Assembly: GCA_021808925.1 (NCBI GenBank)
Contig: JAKBAR010000002.1
Span: 5,922-69,921 of the forward strand
DNA from: Pseudomonadota bacterium
GTDB taxonomy: Bacteria > Pseudomonadota > Alphaproteobacteria > Paracaedibacterales > JAKBAR01
Reading direction: 5' to 3'
DNA length: 64,000 nucleotides
Part shown: in pieces, positions 36,350 through 46,868 of the stretch
Position numbering within the stretch: position 1 is the first letter of the stretch
Layout: each line of letters opens with the position of its first letter
Position numbers and translations under genes: made by a program
The notes under the pieces: generated by a model
The model's input: the letters and a program-made list of their open reading frames with translations, nothing else
Databases searched by the model: none
What the model was told of the DNA's origin: nothing

Positions 36350-37746
36350 CCTATCTCGTGCGCTTTTTTCTTTGGATAATCATCACCTCTGTTAGCGTTG
36401 CTCAAAGTGCTGCCTCTCTTTTTAATCATCAAAGTTTTACATTAGCCAATGGCCTCAAGGTTTTTATCCTCCCCAACCATCTCTCGCCGCTTATTCATGT
36501 TGGTCTTTATTATAAAGTAGGTACCGCCGATGATGCTCCCGAAGAACACGGTTTGTCCCATTTTCTCGAGCATATGATGTTTAAGGGAACCGAAATGATC
36601 CCAAGGGGTATGCTGGACACACTTCTTTTGCAACAGGGCGTTGCGTATAACGCTCACACAACTCCCGACTATACATGCTACGAAGCCACGTTTGCTAAAA
36701 ATCAACTGGAGCTTATTCTTTTTCTCGAAGCTGATCGCATGACGCATCTTAATTTTACACGCGCAGATATTGAATCTGAGCGCAAGGTTGTTTTTGAAGA
36801 ACGTGCCATGCGCCTTGATAATCACCCCTTTGGAAAAGTGATTGAAATTTATCTAAGGTCCCTTTATTGGAAACACCCCTATGGCATTCCGGCTATTGGC
36901 TATCCAGAAAATATTGCACACTATAGTTTTGAATCTGTCCGCAAACACTACGAGACCTATTACACACCCAATAATGCGATTCTTATTATCGCAGGAGATA
37001 CTAACAGCGCCACGGTAAAGCCCCTTGTTGAAAAATATTTTGGCCCCATCCCTTTTAAAAAAGTTCCAGAACGCCTTCGCCCTAAGGAACCAAGCCATGA
37101 GGGAACGGTTATACGCATTGAACACACAGACGCCCGTAATCATGCCATTGTCCTGCAATATTCTTATCATGCACCCAGTGCCGTAAGTGAGGGGAAAAGG
37201 CATGCCCTGCCCCTTATTCTTCTCACACAAATTCTCTCGGGCAATGAACTCAGTCGCCTTTGGCAAAAATTTGTGAATCAAGAAAAAATCGCTGTGAACA
37301 TTGATTTTTCATATGACCCTTGGAGTATTGACCCTGAAACACTTGATATTATTATGACACTCAATGAAGGAGTCACCAAAAAATACGCGGAGAAACGCCT
37401 AGAGGAAGAGATCCAACTTCTCTTAAAAAAAGGTGTGACCCCTGAGGAATTAGCTCATGCAAAGCGTGATATTCTAGCCAGTCTTGCGTTTATTAAAGAT
37501 GGCCTTGAAAGCACTGTCCAAATGTTTTCAAGAGTTGTTTTTGGGGTTCCAGAAGAAGATATTGAGCATTTTGATCAGCGCATTGAAGCCGTAACTCTTG
37601 AACAAGTTAATGAGGCGATTCATGATGTTTTTGATAAAAAACCCGAAGTTATCCTCACACTTTTACCCAAAGGTTATGACCTGTCCAAAGAGGATACACC
37701 TCCCCTGGCACAATCTTTGTGGAACGCCCTGCGCTCTATTTTTTAA
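36346..37746 (+). CDS. M16-family zinc peptidase, catalytic-type subunit
   Basis: Inverted zinc motif GLSHFLEHMMFKGT plus a downstream EERAMR Glu region. 4-nt overlap with the upstream M16 gene. Confidence 0.8.
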   Translation: MTYLVRFFLWIIITSVSVAQSAASLFNHQSFTLANGLKVFILPNHLSPLIHVGLYYKVGTADDAPEEHGLSHFLEHMMFKGTEMIPRGMLDTLLLQQGVAYNAHTTPDYTCYEATFAKNQLELILFLEADRMTHLNFTRADIESERKVVFEERAMRLDNHPFGKVIEIYLRSLYWKHPYGIPAIGYPENIAHYSFESVRKHYETYYTPNNAILIIAGDTNSATVKPLVEKYFGPIPFKKVPERLRPKEPSHEGTVIRIEHTDARNHAIVLQYSYHAPSAVSEGKRHALPLILLTQILSGNELSRLWQKFVNQEKIAVNIDFSYDPWSIDPETLDIIMTLNEGVTKKYAEKRLEEEIQLLLKKGVTPEELAHAKRDILASLAFIKDGLESTVQMFSRVVFGVPEEDIEHFDQRIEAVTLEQVNEAIHDVFDKKPEVILTLLPKGYDLSKEDTPPLAQSLWNALRSIF

Positions 37747-37759
37747 AAACTATGCAGTT

Positions 37760-38758
37760 TTAAGAGCGCATTTTGATAAAAAGCATGGATAAAAAACTAA
37801 ATAAAATAACAGCACCACACTGATGCAAAAGAGCAAGCTTAATGGGCACAATGTAAAGCACCGTTATAATCCCAAGAGTGATTTGAAGACTTACGGCTAA
37901 GAAAAGAAGAACGGCCTCTGTCTTATAACGCAATACCCAAAGGCGGTTAATCAGCCAAAGGCAACTCGCACCTGTGAGCATTGCAAGCACACGGTGCACC
38001 CATTGAACCGTTGCAGGATTTTCAAGAAAATTAGTATAGACTGGCGTGTAAAAAAGCCACTCTGATGGCACCCAATCCCCCCCCATTTTAGGAAATGTGT
38101 CATAGAGTTTCCCCGCACGCAGCCCTGCGACAAACGCGCCATAAATAATTGTCACGCTTGTGAGAAAAAAAGTAATGCGCAGCGGAAAATTAAGCTTTTG
38201 AGGCGGTTTTTTTCGATCAGGGTACAAAGATAAAAGCGCACTCAACATGAAAAATAAAAGTAAAAAAGCCAGGCTTAGGTGAGCCGCAAGACGGTAGTGA
38301 CTGACATAAGGATTATTCACAAGGCCACTTTTCACCATGTACCACCCCATCCCTCCCTGGATCATCCCCAGGGCTAAAATCACCAAAAGTTTGCGGCGCA
38401 AGGGCTTTTCGCAGTGTTTCCAAAAAAAGAAAAGGGGGAGAAGAAAAACAAGCCCGAGAAAACGCCCCAACAGCCGATGACTGTATTCCATGTAAAAAAT
38501 GAATTTAAAATCACTTAGCATGAGATCCATGTGCTTAAGTTGATATTCGGGAAAAGCTTTGTATTTCTCGAACTCCAACGCCCATGCCTCTTCAGAAAGT
38601 GGAGGGATAATCCCTGTGATAGGTTTCCACTCCACAATCGAAAGTCCTGATTCTGTCAAACGCGTTGCCCCTCCCAGTAAAATCATCGCCACAACAAGTA
38701 AAATGCAAAGCAAAAGCCAAAGCGAGAGAGGGCCCCTTAAATTATTTTTTTTTAACAT
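37760..38758 (-). CDS. ctaA: heme A synthase (COX15/CtaA)
   Basis: 332 aa polytopic protein with conserved His-containing helices (EYSHRLLGR, HRLAAHL, WVHRVLA, LLHQCGA). Confidence 0.8.
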   Translation of the reverse strand: MLKKNNLRGPLSLWLLLCILLVVAMILLGGATRLTESGLSIVEWKPITGIIPPLSEEAWALEFEKYKAFPEYQLKHMDLMLSDFKFIFYMEYSHRLLGRFLGLVFLLPLFFFWKHCEKPLRRKLLVILALGMIQGGMGWYMVKSGLVNNPYVSHYRLAAHLSLAFLLLFFMLSALLSLYPDRKKPPQKLNFPLRITFFLTSVTIIYGAFVAGLRAGKLYDTFPKMGGDWVPSEWLFYTPVYTNFLENPATVQWVHRVLAMLTGASCLWLINRLWVLRYKTEAVLLFLAVSLQITLGIITVLYIVPIKLALLHQCGAVILFSFLSMLFIKMRS

Positions 38759-38793
38759 AAATTTGAGACTAATTTAAATAAAACTAATTTAGC

Positions 38794-39510
38794 TTAGAAA
38801 AACACATCCCCTGTTGCAAAGGTTTTTATCTCTCCCGTTTCTGTTTTTAAAAGAAGACATCCCTCTTTATCAATATTATGAAAGGATCCTTTGATAACAC
38901 GATCCCCTTGTTGAATCGTCATCATCGCGTGACGCTTGTCCCGCAAAGATATCCACTGATCACACAAATCCGGCCAGTGGCCTTGCGCTAAGTCGTTCAA
39001 ATATGCCAAGAGATAAGTTTTAAGGCCCTCTAAAAGATCACAAAGAGCAATAGAATACCCTGATGCTTTGAGGGATGTGGCAGGATACAACACCTCGACA
39101 AGCTCTGGCGCGTGCTCTCTATTCACGCCTATGCCTATGGATAACACAGAAAAATCCTGAGATTCTTCGAGGATTTCGATGAGAATCCCTGCTATTTTTT
39201 TTCCGCCCAGCAACACATCATTGGGCCATTTTAGGGATAAATCTTTTACCCCTTGAGTATCGAGTGCTTTATAAAGTGCAAGGGCTGCAACAAAAGAAAT
39301 AAATGTTTTATGTTGTAACGCACAAGGCAAGACAAACGTCGCAAAAAGATTTCCCTTGGCTGAAACCCATGAGCGCCCCCGCCGCCCCCTCCCCTTTTCT
39401 TGGGACTGCGCCGTGACATAAAAAGGAATGGGTGTTTTTTTCTGATAAAGATCACGTGCAACATCCATCGTACTGGACACATGATCAAACGCATGCAAAG
39501 AAAGTGTCAT
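38794..39510 (-). CDS. birA: biotin--[acetyl-CoA-carboxylase] ligase (class I, no HTH)
   Basis: GRGRRGRSW motif, KWPNDVLLGGKKIAGIL. 4-nt overlap with nuoN. Confidence 0.85.
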   Translation of the reverse strand: MTLSLHAFDHVSSTMDVARDLYQKKTPIPFYVTAQSQEKGRGRRGRSWVSAKGNLFATFVLPCALQHKTFISFVAALALYKALDTQGVKDLSLKWPNDVLLGGKKIAGILIEILEESQDFSVLSIGIGVNREHAPELVEVLYPATSLKASGYSIALCDLLEGLKTYLLAYLNDLAQGHWPDLCDQWISLRDKRHAMMTIQQGDRVIKGSFHNIDKEGCLLLKTETGEIKTFATGDVFF

Positions 39511-40964
39511 GTGTAAAAAAGCGTCGACGCCGCAATATTCGTCCAGTTCAAAAGGTATTTAGGCAGGAAAATAAGCCCTGTGAGAAGCGAAATAGACAGA
39601 ATAACGATAAGGTAGTTAAGACCAAGTTTGCCAGAAACATGCGTTAAGATTGATGGCTCAACAGGCCCATCAAAAAACATTATTTTGAGGATATTAAGAT
39701 AATAATAGGTTGTTATAACCGTTGTCAGAACCATCACAATAGCCACATTGTAAAATTCCGAACCAACGGCCGCCTGTAGTAACAGAAGTTTTCCCAAAAA
39801 CCCTGGAAAAGGAGGTAATCCCGACATTGTCAGCACAAGAATGGCAATAGCAATTGCGACAAAAGGCCTTTGTGTCGCAAGACCTTTAAGATCAGAAAGT
39901 TTATCGATAGTACTGCCCCGACGAAGCAAAATCATGACGCATGTCAAAAACCCAATCATCGAAAAGATATAGAGTGTTGTGTAAAAAAGACTTCCTCTTA
40001 AGCCTGATTCATTCGCAAAAGCAAGGCCCACAAGAGAAAAACCAATGCTACTAATGGATGCATACGCCAGAAACCGCCTCACATTGCCTTGCATGACAGA
40101 GGCCACAGCCCCAAAAACCATCGAGGCCACGGCAAGGATCATCAAAAGGGGCTGCCACGTAGAAATTTCCGTATAAAAGGGCCCCAGAAAAAGCCTCATC
40201 ATAAAACCAAGCGCTGCGATTTTAGGGGCTGTCGACACGAGAACAAGAAGCGGATAGGGTGTGCCTTGATAAACATCTGGCGTCCACATATGAAAAGGAA
40301 AAGAGGAGACTTTAAAAGCGAGACCGCACAGTAAAAAGGCAATACCAAGGTAAAGACTCAGAGGGGACTGAGCGCCATTATTGAGCAAAGATTCAAGCAC
40401 ATTAAAATTTGTCGTTCCAGAAAATCCGTAAATAAAACTTATTCCAAAAAGAATAAAACAACTCGCCACAGCTCCAAGGATAAAATATTTTAAAACCGCT
40501 TCCGGTACATTTTTTTCCTCATGAAAAAGCCCAATCATCACATAGAGGGCAAGACTTTGAATTTCAAGACCGATGTAAGCCGGGAGGAAATCATTCGCAG
40601 AAACAAGGATAAACATGCCTAAAACAGCACAAAGAAGCAGCACGACAAACTCAAAATGTTTCACTTTAAAAAAAGTCAAATGGGATTGAAGATTCAGCGC
40701 TAAAAGAGCTGCACAAAGTGCGATAATACTCTTGATAAAAAGACTAAAGCTGTCATTAAAAAAATGGCCATCAAAGGTCACATCACGCAACCCTGGCAAG
40801 AAAAAACAGCCAAAAGCGATGGCGAGTAACATCAACGAGGTTAAGCTAAAAAGCCATGCTTTACGTTGACCTTTGCTAAAAAGGCCTGCAACCGTTGCGC
40901 CTAGAGCGGCAAAAACGAGACAGACTTCAGGAGACGCTGGAAGAAAATAGCTGAGAACTGTCAT
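39507..40964 (-). CDS. nuoN: NADH-quinone oxidoreductase subunit N
   Basis: 485 aa antiporter-like subunit, last in the nuo gene order. Overlaps nuoM by 4 nt. Confidence 0.88.
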   Translation of the reverse strand: MTVLSYFLPASPEVCLVFAALGATVAGLFSKGQRKAWLFSLTSLMLLAIAFGCFFLPGLRDVTFDGHFFNDSFSLFIKSIIALCAALLALNLQSHLTFFKVKHFEFVVLLLCAVLGMFILVSANDFLPAYIGLEIQSLALYVMIGLFHEEKNVPEAVLKYFILGAVASCFILFGISFIYGFSGTTNFNVLESLLNNGAQSPLSLYLGIAFLLCGLAFKVSSFPFHMWTPDVYQGTPYPLLVLVSTAPKIAALGFMMRLFLGPFYTEISTWQPLLMILAVASMVFGAVASVMQGNVRRFLAYASISSIGFSLVGLAFANESGLRGSLFYTTLYIFSMIGFLTCVMILLRRGSTIDKLSDLKGLATQRPFVAIAIAILVLTMSGLPPFPGFLGKLLLLQAAVGSEFYNVAIVMVLTTVITTYYYLNILKIMFFDGPVEPSILTHVSGKLGLNYLIVILSISLLTGLIFLPKYLLNWTNIAASTLFYT

Positions 40965-42538
40965 CGTGCTGGATTCCCCGTCATTTTATCTTTTTTTCCC
41001 TTTGTATTGGTTAACTTTGGCGGTTTTTCTTGTTGCATAAAAAGATCGAGCAATGTCTCATCAGAACTAAATCTTTTGCCATAAGCATCAAGCATGTGAT
41101 GGGCATATACATTCAAAATCGATGTGACAGGCTTAGGATAAAGCCCTAAGATAAACACAGGCACGATAAGTGCTGTAAGCACAAAAAACTCAGAAAAACG
41201 AAGGTCAGCTATGTGCTTAATGTCTAAAAAATGAGCATTCAACTTATCATACACAATACGACGGTAAAGCCATAAACCGTAGGCAGCACTTAGTATAATG
41301 CCTAAAACAACAAAGGCTGTGAGTGTAGGAGACACTTGAAAAATGCCAAGGGTTACAAAAAACTCACCAAGAAATCCGCTTGTCCCCGGAAGCCCAATCG
41401 ACGCCAGTGTAAAAAGCATAAAAAACGTTGCATACCGCGGCATTTTTGCAGCAAGCCCCCCATAATAGGCAATCTCTCGTGTGTGAAAACGCTCGTAAAC
41501 GACACCCACACAAAAAAACAATGCAGCCGAAATAAGACCATGACTCAACATTTGAATAATACTTCCCACAAGACCGTAGTGGTTAAAAGAAAAAATACCA
41601 AGTGTCACAAACCCCATATGTGCGATGGAGGAATAGGCCACAAGCTTTTTCATGTCTTTTTGGGCAAGAGCCACAAGGGACGCATAAAGAATCGCAACAA
41701 CCGATAAAAAATAGACAAGGGGTGCAAAATAGACAGAGGCTTCGGGAAACAAAGGCAGTGAAAGCCTGAGCATACCATAGCCACCAAGTTTCAATAAAAT
41801 ACCCGCAAGCAGCATAGACCCTGCTGTAGGTGCCTCCACGTGCGCATCCGGCAACCATGTATGCACAGGCCACATCGGAATTTTAACGGCAAATGCGACA
41901 AAAAGGGCCCCCCATAGCCAGCCTTGGAGATAAAAAGGAAAATGCGCATGGTGCATTTCCACCATATTCGTCGTACCTACTTCGTAATACACAACGACAA
42001 ACGCCACGAGCATCAACACAGACCCAACGAGGGTATAAAGGAAAAATTTAAACGTCGCATAAATACGCTTTTCGCCCCCCCAAATCCCTATAATCAAAAA
42101 CATTGGAATGAGGACAGCCTCGAAGAAAAAATAAAACAACACAAGATCAAGGGCGCTAAAAACACCGATTAAGAAAGATTCTAAGAGCAAGAAACAGATA
42201 TAATATTCGCGCACACGCTTGAGGTGATAGTTATGCACCAGTGCGATGAGCGTAAGGAATGATGTGAGTACGATGAGAAAAAGCGATAGACCGTCAACGC
42301 CCAAATGATATGAACTATTAAAAGCGGAAATCCACGCATATTTTTCAACGAACTGCATCGTTGTCACAAGAGGCTCAAAGTGATGCCACGCATAAACACT
42401 TAAAAAAAAGTGAATCCCTGCAACAAAAAGAGCAACACGCGGTGTATTTTGAAGGCTTTGATTATCGCGAATAAAAAAAATTGTCACGGCCCCAAGAAGA
42501 GGCAGAAGGATCAAAAGGCTTAAAAGCGGCCATTGCAT
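40961..42538 (-). CDS. nuoM: NADH-quinone oxidoreductase subunit M
   Basis: Antiporter-like subunit. The start is set at ATG 42538 (MQWPLLSLL...), giving a TAATG junction with the nuoL stop. It has a polar C-terminal tail of about 30 aa. Confidence 0.88.
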   Translation of the reverse strand: MQWPLLSLLILLPLLGAVTIFFIRDNQSLQNTPRVALFVAGIHFFLSVYAWHHFEPLVTTMQFVEKYAWISAFNSSYHLGVDGLSLFLIVLTSFLTLIALVHNYHLKRVREYYICFLLLESFLIGVFSALDLVLFYFFFEAVLIPMFLIIGIWGGEKRIYATFKFFLYTLVGSVLMLVAFVVVYYEVGTTNMVEMHHAHFPFYLQGWLWGALFVAFAVKIPMWPVHTWLPDAHVEAPTAGSMLLAGILLKLGGYGMLRLSLPLFPEASVYFAPLVYFLSVVAILYASLVALAQKDMKKLVAYSSIAHMGFVTLGIFSFNHYGLVGSIIQMLSHGLISAALFFCVGVVYERFHTREIAYYGGLAAKMPRYATFFMLFTLASIGLPGTSGFLGEFFVTLGIFQVSPTLTAFVVLGIILSAAYGLWLYRRIVYDKLNAHFLDIKHIADLRFSEFFVLTALIVPVFILGLYPKPVTSILNVYAHHMLDAYGKRFSSDETLLDLFMQQEKPPKLTNTKGKKDKMTGNPAR

Positions 42539-44415
42539 TAATAAAAACCTCCTTGAACCCATAGATAAAGAAGCACACTCATCAGACCTACCATCATCGC
42601 AAACGCATAGTGATAAAGATAGCCCGTTTGAAGCTGCTTAAAAGCTGTTGATATTCGCGTCACAAGGGACGCAAGACCATTAGGGCCAAGGCGATCAATC
42701 GTCAAAAGGTCCCCTCTTTGCCATAAAATCGTCCCAAGTTCCAAAGAACCCTGTACAAAAATTTTAGAATATATTTTATCAAAAAACCACTTATTCAACG
42801 CAAAAAGGTAGAGGTATTTTAAATGGCGCGTGAGATTAAATGCTACATGAGGTTTTGTGAAAAAGAAGAAATAAGCGGCACCGACGCCCAAAAGAGCCGC
42901 AATAATGGGAGCTTGTAAAACCCAACTTGGCACACTTGCATGGTGATGAATAAAAAAATCCTCTGTCATAAATCCAAGAAAAGTAGCCCCTAGCGCAAGA
43001 CAAATAAGTGGTACCCGCATGACCCAGGGCGCTTCGTGAATATGGGCCATTACATGCTCATCTGCACGGGGACTGCCATGAAAAACTTTGATTAAAAGAC
43101 GCCAGCTATAAAGTGCTGTTAGAAACGCCACAAAAAGACCAATCCCAAAAAGCATCTTTGCCTGTGCCGTTCCCCCTGCATAGGTTGCCACAAGGATGCT
43201 ATCTTTTGAATAAAACCCTGAGAAAAAGGGAATCCCCGCAAGCGCAAGGTTACCAATCCACATCATGGCGTAGGTAAAGGGGATGCGCCGATAAAGCCCC
43301 CCCATTTTTTCCATATTCTGCTCATCCGACAAGGCATGAATCACAGCCCCTGCCCCCAAAAAGAGAAGCGCCTTAAAAAAAGCATGGGTAATCAGGTGAA
43401 AAAAAGCCGCATCAACGCCGCCCATTCCCGCTGCCATAACCATATAGCCCAGCTGGCTACACGTTGAATAAGCGATCACGCGCTTAATATCCTCTTGCAC
43501 AAGTGCTACTGTCGCTGCAAAGAAACACGTAACACCCCCAACCCAGGCAATAAAATGCTGAACCGATACCGCCATTTCAAAAAGAGGATGCAGGCGAATA
43601 AGCAAATACACTCCTGCTGTGACCATGGTTGCAGCGTGAATGAGTGCAGATACGGGCGTTGGGCCTTCCATAGCATCGGGCAACCACACATGCAATCCTA
43701 TCTGCGCTGATTTTCCCATCACTCCGAGGAAAAGAGCCATACATATTAAACTCACCGCATCAACCGAATAGCCAAAAAATAAAAATGTTTTTCCACTCAA
43801 GAGCCCTAATGTCGATGGTTCTAAAATCCGCTGTAGATCAAGCGTTTGTGTCATAAAAAACAAAGCAGCAAGCCCCACAACAAGGCCCGCATCTCCCACA
43901 CGGTTCACCACAAATGCTTTAATCGCAGCACTGTTCGCAGACGGTTTATGAAACCAAAAGCCAATCAACAAATAAGAAGCAAGACCAACACCCTCCCATC
44001 CTAAAAAAAGCTGGACAAGATTCGGTGCCATAATCAGGGAAAGCATAAAAAACGTAAAAAGACTTAAATACGCCATGAACCGCGGAATCGATGCATCGTG
44101 GGACATATACCCAACGGAATAAATGTGAATAAGCGCTGACACAACATTCACCATCACCATCATGGTAAGGCTCGTGCGATCCATCATCATCCCAAAGGTC
44201 ATATTCAGAGAATCAACGTCGATCCATTGCCAAAAAGTAAGGGTTGTTGTTTTAAAAGCGATAAACAGAAAAATAGAAGCGACGGCTGCAATCCCCATAA
44301 AACTACAGGAGAGCCATTGCACCAAGCGATCACTTACACGTTTATTCAAAAGGATTGCAATGAAAAAGCCCACAAGTGGCGAAAAAAAGGCATAGTAGGG
44401 TAAGTAGTGCGCCAT
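42538..44415 (-). CDS. nuoL: NADH-quinone oxidoreductase subunit L
   Basis: 625 aa antiporter-like subunit with a long C-terminal amphipathic extension. Confidence 0.9.
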   Translation of the reverse strand: MAHYLPYYAFFSPLVGFFIAILLNKRVSDRLVQWLSCSFMGIAAVASIFLFIAFKTTTLTFWQWIDVDSLNMTFGMMMDRTSLTMMVMVNVVSALIHIYSVGYMSHDASIPRFMAYLSLFTFFMLSLIMAPNLVQLFLGWEGVGLASYLLIGFWFHKPSANSAAIKAFVVNRVGDAGLVVGLAALFFMTQTLDLQRILEPSTLGLLSGKTFLFFGYSVDAVSLICMALFLGVMGKSAQIGLHVWLPDAMEGPTPVSALIHAATMVTAGVYLLIRLHPLFEMAVSVQHFIAWVGGVTCFFAATVALVQEDIKRVIAYSTCSQLGYMVMAAGMGGVDAAFFHLITHAFFKALLFLGAGAVIHALSDEQNMEKMGGLYRRIPFTYAMMWIGNLALAGIPFFSGFYSKDSILVATYAGGTAQAKMLFGIGLFVAFLTALYSWRLLIKVFHGSPRADEHVMAHIHEAPWVMRVPLICLALGATFLGFMTEDFFIHHHASVPSWVLQAPIIAALLGVGAAYFFFFTKPHVAFNLTRHLKYLYLFALNKWFFDKIYSKIFVQGSLELGTILWQRGDLLTIDRLGPNGLASLVTRISTAFKQLQTGYLYHYAFAMMVGLMSVLLYLWVQGGFY

Positions 44416-44422
44416 TAGTTCT

Positions 44423-44740
44423 TCATCCCTTCATCTGACTTAGATCATCCACACGGATAGAGCGATGCTGGCGATAATAGACAACCAGAATAGCAAGGCC
44501 AATCGCCGCCTCTGCAGCCGCCACCGTGAGAATAAATAATGAAAAGACCTGGCCGACCATATCATGGAAGTCACTTGAAAACGCCACAAAATTAATATTC
44601 GTTGCAAGCAACATCAGCTCAATCGACATCAACATGAGAATAAGATTGCGACGATTGAGAATAATGCCCAAAAGCCCTATGGAAAAAACAATGACACCAA
44701 GGATCAAATAGTGCTGTAAGGGAATAACCATATCAATCAT
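44423..44740 (-). CDS. nuoK: NADH-quinone oxidoreductase subunit K
   Basis: 105 aa with three TM helices and [13 protein letters not shown]. Confidence 0.9.
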   Translation of the reverse strand: MIDMVIPLQHYLILGVIVFSIGLLGIILNRRNLILMLMSIELMLLATNINFVAFSSDFHDMVGQVFSLFILTVAAAEAAIGLAILVVYYRQHRSIRVDDLSQMKG

Positions 44741-45351
44741 GAGGATAATCCTTTGCCGGGTTTGACGTTCACCATTTTCAGTGTCTGCGCAGGATCGCGT
44801 TCCAACTGACGACGAATGTCCTGACGCTTGAGTGTTTTTTTCGTCTTAAGTGTCAGAGCAATCGCACCCACCATCGCGACAAAAAGAATGATGCCTGCAA
44901 GCTGAAACGCTAAGAAATAATTGGTATAGAGAATATGCCCCAAAGCCGCCGTATTTGTTGTTTTTTGAGAGATCCCATGACTAATGACATCCACAGCTTT
45001 AGTATTGCTTTGCCACACCCACACCATGGCCACAAGTTCTGTCAGGAAAAAAAGCCCACATCCCGCCGCAAGGAGACCAAAATGCTGCACCCGCTCCTTA
45101 ATTTTATCAAACGCCACATCAAACATCATCACCACGAATAGAAATAAAATCGCCACAGCGCCCACATAAACAATTGCTAGAATAAGCGCTAAAAACTCTG
45201 CTCCTGCCAGCAAAAAAAGAATAGAGGTGTCAAGAAATGCAGCAATAAGAAAAAGAACGGAATAAATAGGATTGCGCGCCAAAATAACACACCCACTGGC
45301 CATCACAAGCTTAAAAGCAAACATATAAAAAATTAAAAGCTCCGGCGTCAT
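44737..45351 (-). CDS. nuoJ: NADH-quinone oxidoreductase subunit J
   Basis: 204 aa with [12 protein letters not shown]...[16 protein letters not shown]. Confidence 0.88.
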   Translation of the reverse strand: MTPELLIFYMFAFKLVMASGCVILARNPIYSVLFLIAAFLDTSILFLLAGAEFLALILAIVYVGAVAILFLFVVMMFDVAFDKIKERVQHFGLLAAGCGLFFLTELVAMVWVWQSNTKAVDVISHGISQKTTNTAALGHILYTNYFLAFQLAGIILFVAMVGAIALTLKTKKTLKRQDIRRQLERDPAQTLKMVNVKPGKGLSS

Positions 45352-45354
45352 GGT

Positions 45355-45843
45355 CTACCTATACTCCTCATCCGCCTTAATATTCTCTGCAATCGCTGTC
45401 TCCCATATTTTTCCATTATGAATGAGTTTGTCCTTGGAATACAAAAGTTCTTCATGCGTAAATGTTGCATATTCAAAATTCGGCCCCTCCACAATGGCAT
45501 CCACAGGACATGCTTCTTGGCAAAGTCCACAATAAATACACTTTGTCATATCAATATCATAGCGCACCGTGCGACGACTTCCCTCTGTAATCCCCTCACC
45601 TCCACGGGGTTCAGCCTCAATGACAATGGCTTGAGCAGGGCAAATCGCCTCGCATAATTTACACGCAATACAGCGCTCCTCGCCATTTGCATAGTGACGC
45701 AACGCATGTTGCCCCCTAAAGCGAGGACTCAAAGGCGCTTTTTCATTCGGATAGAGTAATGTGACTTTGCGTTTAAAAAGATACCGCAGTGTTGTCCAAA
45801 ATCCTTTGAGAATATCCAGGAGGAGAAAATCTTTTAGCCTCAT
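45355..45843 (-). CDS. nuoI: NADH-quinone oxidoreductase subunit I
   Basis: Two 4Fe-4S ferredoxin motifs, [12 protein letters not shown] and [12 protein letters not shown]. Confidence 0.92.
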   Translation of the reverse strand: MRLKDFLLLDILKGFWTTLRYLFKRKVTLLYPNEKAPLSPRFRGQHALRHYANGEERCIACKLCEAICPAQAIVIEAEPRGGEGITEGSRRTVRYDIDMTKCIYCGLCQEACPVDAIVEGPNFEYATFTHEELLYSKDKLIHNGKIWETAIAENIKADEEYR

Positions 45844-46868
45844 TCGACAATCCCCCTCAAATCAAAGATAAAGACGACCGCTGCTGTAAGCACGAGCCAC
45901 ACAAGAGAAAAAGGCAAAAAGACTTTCCACCCAAGGCGCATCAGCTGATCAAAACGAAACCGTGGCAACGTGGCGCGCGCCCATAGAAAAATAAAAAGAA
46001 GCCCACAAATTTTAAAAATAAACCAAAACGTCTCAGGGATAAAGGCAAGCAGTGTACTATTAAAAGGAGGCAGCCATCCCCCCAAAAATAAAATTGTGCA
46101 AAGTGCACTCATCAAAATCATATTGGCATACTCGCCCAAGAAAAAAAGTGCAAAGGACAGCGAAGAATACTCCACATGAAAACCCGCAACGAGCTCTGAC
46201 TCAGCTTCTGGAAGGTCAAAAGGTGTGCGGTTTGTCTCTGCCAATGCTGAGATAAAGAAAATGACAAACATTGGGAAAAGAGGAATGCAATACCACATAT
46301 CCTTTTGCGCAAGGACGATATCTTTTAAGTTGAGCGACCCTGAGAGCAGGATGACAGTCACAAGCACAAACCCGATCGACACCTCATAAGACACCATTTG
46401 CGCCGCCGACCGAAGGGCTCCAAGGAGTGCGTATTTTGAATTACTGGCCCATCCCGCAATAATAATGCCATACACACCCAGCGACGAAATGGCAAAAAGA
46501 TACAAAAGCCCCACATTAATATCTGCAACCACAAACGTACTGTTAAAGGGAATCACAGCCCACGCCGCAAGGCTGAGTCCAAACGTGATGACAGGTGCCA
46601 GCAAAAAAAGAAATTTGCTCGACACAGTAGGGATAATAACCTCCTTGTGCAGGAGTTTTACAGCATCTGCAATGGGTTGCAAAAGGCCAAAAGGACCGCA
46701 CAACTGTGGCCCAACGCGCAGCTGCATAAACGCCATGATTTTACGCTCTGCATAGGTTAAATACGCAACACCTAAAAGCAGCGGCACCACAATCAACATA
46801 ATTTTCAATACGATCTCAATCACATAAAAACCATAGGTGTTAAAAAGAGAGAGCATGCTGTCAGCCAT
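45840..46868 (-). CDS. nuoH: NADH-quinone oxidoreductase subunit H
   Basis: 342 aa with [15 protein letters not shown] and [20 protein letters not shown]. Confidence 0.92.
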   Translation of the reverse strand: MADSMLSLFNTYGFYVIEIVLKIMLIVVPLLLGVAYLTYAERKIMAFMQLRVGPQLCGPFGLLQPIADAVKLLHKEVIIPTVSSKFLFLLAPVITFGLSLAAWAVIPFNSTFVVADINVGLLYLFAISSLGVYGIIIAGWASNSKYALLGALRSAAQMVSYEVSIGFVLVTVILLSGSLNLKDIVLAQKDMWYCIPLFPMFVIFFISALAETNRTPFDLPEAESELVAGFHVEYSSLSFALFFLGEYANMILMSALCTILFLGGWLPPFNSTLLAFIPETFWFIFKICGLLFIFLWARATLPRFRFDQLMRLGWKVFLPFSLVWLVLTAAVVFIFDLRGIVE